Shown: in pieces, positions 62,040 through 64,000 of the stretch
How the letters are laid out: the number at the start of each line of letters is the position of its first letter
Position numbering within the stretch: the first letter of the stretch is position 1
Source of the DNA: Methanobacteriota archaeon
Lineage (GTDB): Archaea; Thermoplasmatota; Thermoplasmata; SG8-5; JAGLSY01
Length of the DNA stretch: 64,000 nt
Assembly (NCBI GenBank): GCA_020696385.1
Contig: JAEHCQ010000001.1
Span: forward strand, 512,001 to 576,000
Direction of reading: 5' to 3'
Made by a program: the position numbers and the translations under genes
The notes under the pieces: generated by a model
Seen by the model: only the letters and a program-made list of their open reading frames with translations
Databases searched by the model: none
What the model was told of the DNA's origin: nothing

Positions 62040-64000
62040 ATGAGCTTGGAAGGTTTTATTGGACGGGAGAAGAAACTGGCTGATCTTAGAGAAGGACTAA
62101 ATAAAGCTATAGAGGGAAAGGGAAATACCATCTTGATCTCTGGAGAGGCAGGTCTGGGAAAGACCACATTGATAAGGAAATTCCTAGCCTCTTCACCCAA
62201 TGATCCATTAGCTGTACTTTCTGGTACAGCATTGGAAGAATCATCTGAACCATTCCAGATATTCTCAAGAGCTCTTTCAAATAGGGGTAATAAACCTCTA
62301 TTTGAACAACATGAATACAGATCTTTTACCGAACTCTTTGCAGTAGATAGGGCAGGCATACTTGTAGGACAGGCGGCCCCGGATGATGAAGGACTGGATG
62401 GCGACATATTTGCAGGCATGCTCTCCGCAGTTCAGGATTTTGTAAGGGATTCTTTCGATAGGAGTTTGGAGAACAAAAATACCCTAGGTCGTTTGGAATA
62501 CGGCAATATGAAAATAATAATCGAACATGGAAATCATATCTTCTTAACAGCGGTTTTTACTGGCTCGGAACATGAGAACATGAAATCCACGGTTCGCAAC
62601 TCTTTGGATAGGATCGAGAGCAAATATGGCCATATACTAGAAAACTGGTCTGGCGATACAAGGGATATCAAAGGGATACAGGAGGAGATCGTTCTTCTAG
62701 CCCGATCGAAGTTCCTAGTTCGAAAGAGCCTGGAAGGTATAATCCTGGAACAGGAGAGGACCAGGATAGCGGAGGAGGTACTGGAGACCCTTCATGCTCT
62801 AAGCAGTGACAAGAGCATGATATTGCTATTAGAGGATCTTCAATGGGCTGATGAATCCTCGATATTTGTCCTGAATTATATATCAAGGAACATTCGAGAC
62901 CGAAGAATCATGATATTGGGCACCCTTAGACCCCGAGAAGGAAAACATGTGCTGGATGCCTTAGAGGACATCAGAAAGTATGGTGGGATCAATGTTTTGG
63001 ACCTGGATAAATTCGATGAAGGGGACATTGAAGATCTGACCTCTGCTCTTTTCCCCAATAATAAATTTCCAAAAGATTTTCTTGTAGACATGGCATCACA
63101 GAGTGGCGGTAATCCTTTTTTCGCTTCCGAGCTCCTGAAATCACTTAGGGGCAGCGGTAGCATTGTGGAGAAGGACGGCAAATACTATCTTGATGATGAT
63201 GACATATCGATGCCAGATTCCATAGAGGCTGTGGTGCATCATAGATTGGAAATGCTCGATTCCAGCTCTTTGTCCATGATGGAATTCGCATCCTGCGTGG
63301 GAAAGGAGTTCGACAGTGAGATATTATTATCCTCCGTCTCACTGAAGGAACCTGAAATTGTAATTGAAAGGATGAACAAAACAGGAATATTTACCAGGAT
63401 CAATGGCATAGATCAATTCGCCCATGCCATGTTCCAGAGCATCGTGTACGACAGCCTGCCAGAAAGATGGAAGATGCTCCATCACAAGGAGATCGGTGAG
63501 TGGTACGAGAAGGAATATGCATCCAAACAGGACGAGGCGATCTATGAGCTGGCGAGACATTTCTCCAATTCAAGGGAGCATACGAAGTGCTTTAATTATT
63601 GTAGATTAGCTGGCGAGAAAGCAGAAAGCTCTTTCTCACCTGACTTTGCCACGGAATTTTACATGAAGGCCGTGGACGTGATACCTAAGATGAAATTAGG
63701 ACCTCAGGCCAAAGGTCAGGAGTTCATGCTCTTGGAAAGGGTGGGTGAAATGAAAGGCCTGCTAGGATCTTCTGACAGTTCCCTTGAGACTTATTCCAGG
63801 GCACTTGATTCTGCAGAGGATGATGCATCAAAGGCCCGGATACATAGGCGCAGGGCTTACATCATGACAACGCATGGACAATTTGATGATGCGTTAGCTG
63901 AGCTTGATACTGCCGATACTTTGCTTGAGGGCACGGACCATGATGAAATGGGATTCTTGCTCATAGCCAGATCTTTCGTGAACCTGAATAAAGGGCACTT
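62040..64000 (+). CDS. STAND (AAA_16-type) NTPase-TPR protein with inserted longin/roadblock-like domain; truncated by the window end and absent from the ORF track
   Basis: GGAGG SD, ATG 62040; MSLEGFIGREKKL, GEAGLGKT, LLLEDLQWAD, SGGNPFF, F.HA.F...VY, ELARHF, helical repeats; no stop codon seen before 64000. Confidence 0.88.
   Translation, partial: MSLEGFIGREKKLADLREGLNKAIEGKGNTILISGEAGLGKTTLIRKFLASSPNDPLAVLSGTALEESSEPFQIFSRALSNRGNKPLFEQHEYRSFTELFAVDRAGILVGQAAPDDEGLDGDIFAGMLSAVQDFVRDSFDRSLENKNTLGRLEYGNMKIIIEHGNHIFLTAVFTGSEHENMKSTVRNSLDRIESKYGHILENWSGDTRDIKGIQEEIVLLARSKFLVRKSLEGIILEQERTRIAEEVLETLHALSSDKSMILLLEDLQWADESSIFVLNYISRNIRDRRIMILGTLRPREGKHVLDALEDIRKYGGINVLDLDKFDEGDIEDLTSALFPNNKFPKDFLVDMASQSGGNPFFASELLKSLRGSGSIVEKDGKYYLDDDDISMPDSIEAVVHHRLEMLDSSSLSMMEFASCVGKEFDSEILLSSVSLKEPEIVIERMNKTGIFTRINGIDQFAHAMFQSIVYDSLPERWKMLHHKEIGEWYEKEYASKQDEAIYELARHFSNSREHTKCFNYCRLAGEKAESSFSPDFATEFYMKAVDVIPKMKLGPQAKGQEFMLLERVGEMKGLLGSSDSSLETYSRALDSAEDDASKARIHRRRAYIMTTHGQFDDALAELDTADTLLEGTDHDEMGFLLIARSFVNLNKGH

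Overview
This is gene-dense archaeal chromosomal DNA, most consistent with Thermoplasmatota (Thermoplasmata). The evidence is an unsplit rpoB, an N-terminally extended RpoA2, GGAGG/GGTGA ribosome-binding sites and STAND-TPR regulators; the finer placement is inference. Core content: the rpoH-B-A1-A2-rpl30e-nusA operon; rps19e-COG2118-rpl39e-rpl31e-aIF6; alba-pus10-rpl21e-rpoF-DUF655; Zn-finger-EF1b-rpp21-yhbY; purS-purL; purB; serS; cca; tgtA; trmI; ipk-fni-prenyltransferase; radB; trkAH; a P-type ATPase; a four-gene type IV pilus-like assembly locus plus a distant pilin; an S-layer-like protein; and three tRNAs. I found no CRISPR array, rRNA, transposase or integrase. The main observations not shown by the ORF track are: (1) a tRNA-Lys(UUU) split by two BHB-type introns (D-loop 20/21 and 37/38); (2) three families of small dispersed structured repeats, namely a 10-20-10 inverted repeat at three convergent gene junctions, two ~126-bp elements with IS200/IS605-like hairpins, and a modular tandem-GA hairpin element present next to purS both with and without hairpin inserts; (3) a duplicated tRNA-Ala 3' end with a hairpin insert in its T-loop; (4) a STAND NTPase-TPR gene running off the window with a longin/roadblock-like domain between its Walker A and B motifs; (5) a small Zn-ribbon/acidic-tail protein ending the rpl21e-rpoF operon, and a probable ATT start for rpoF. 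All calls were made by eye, with no database searches.
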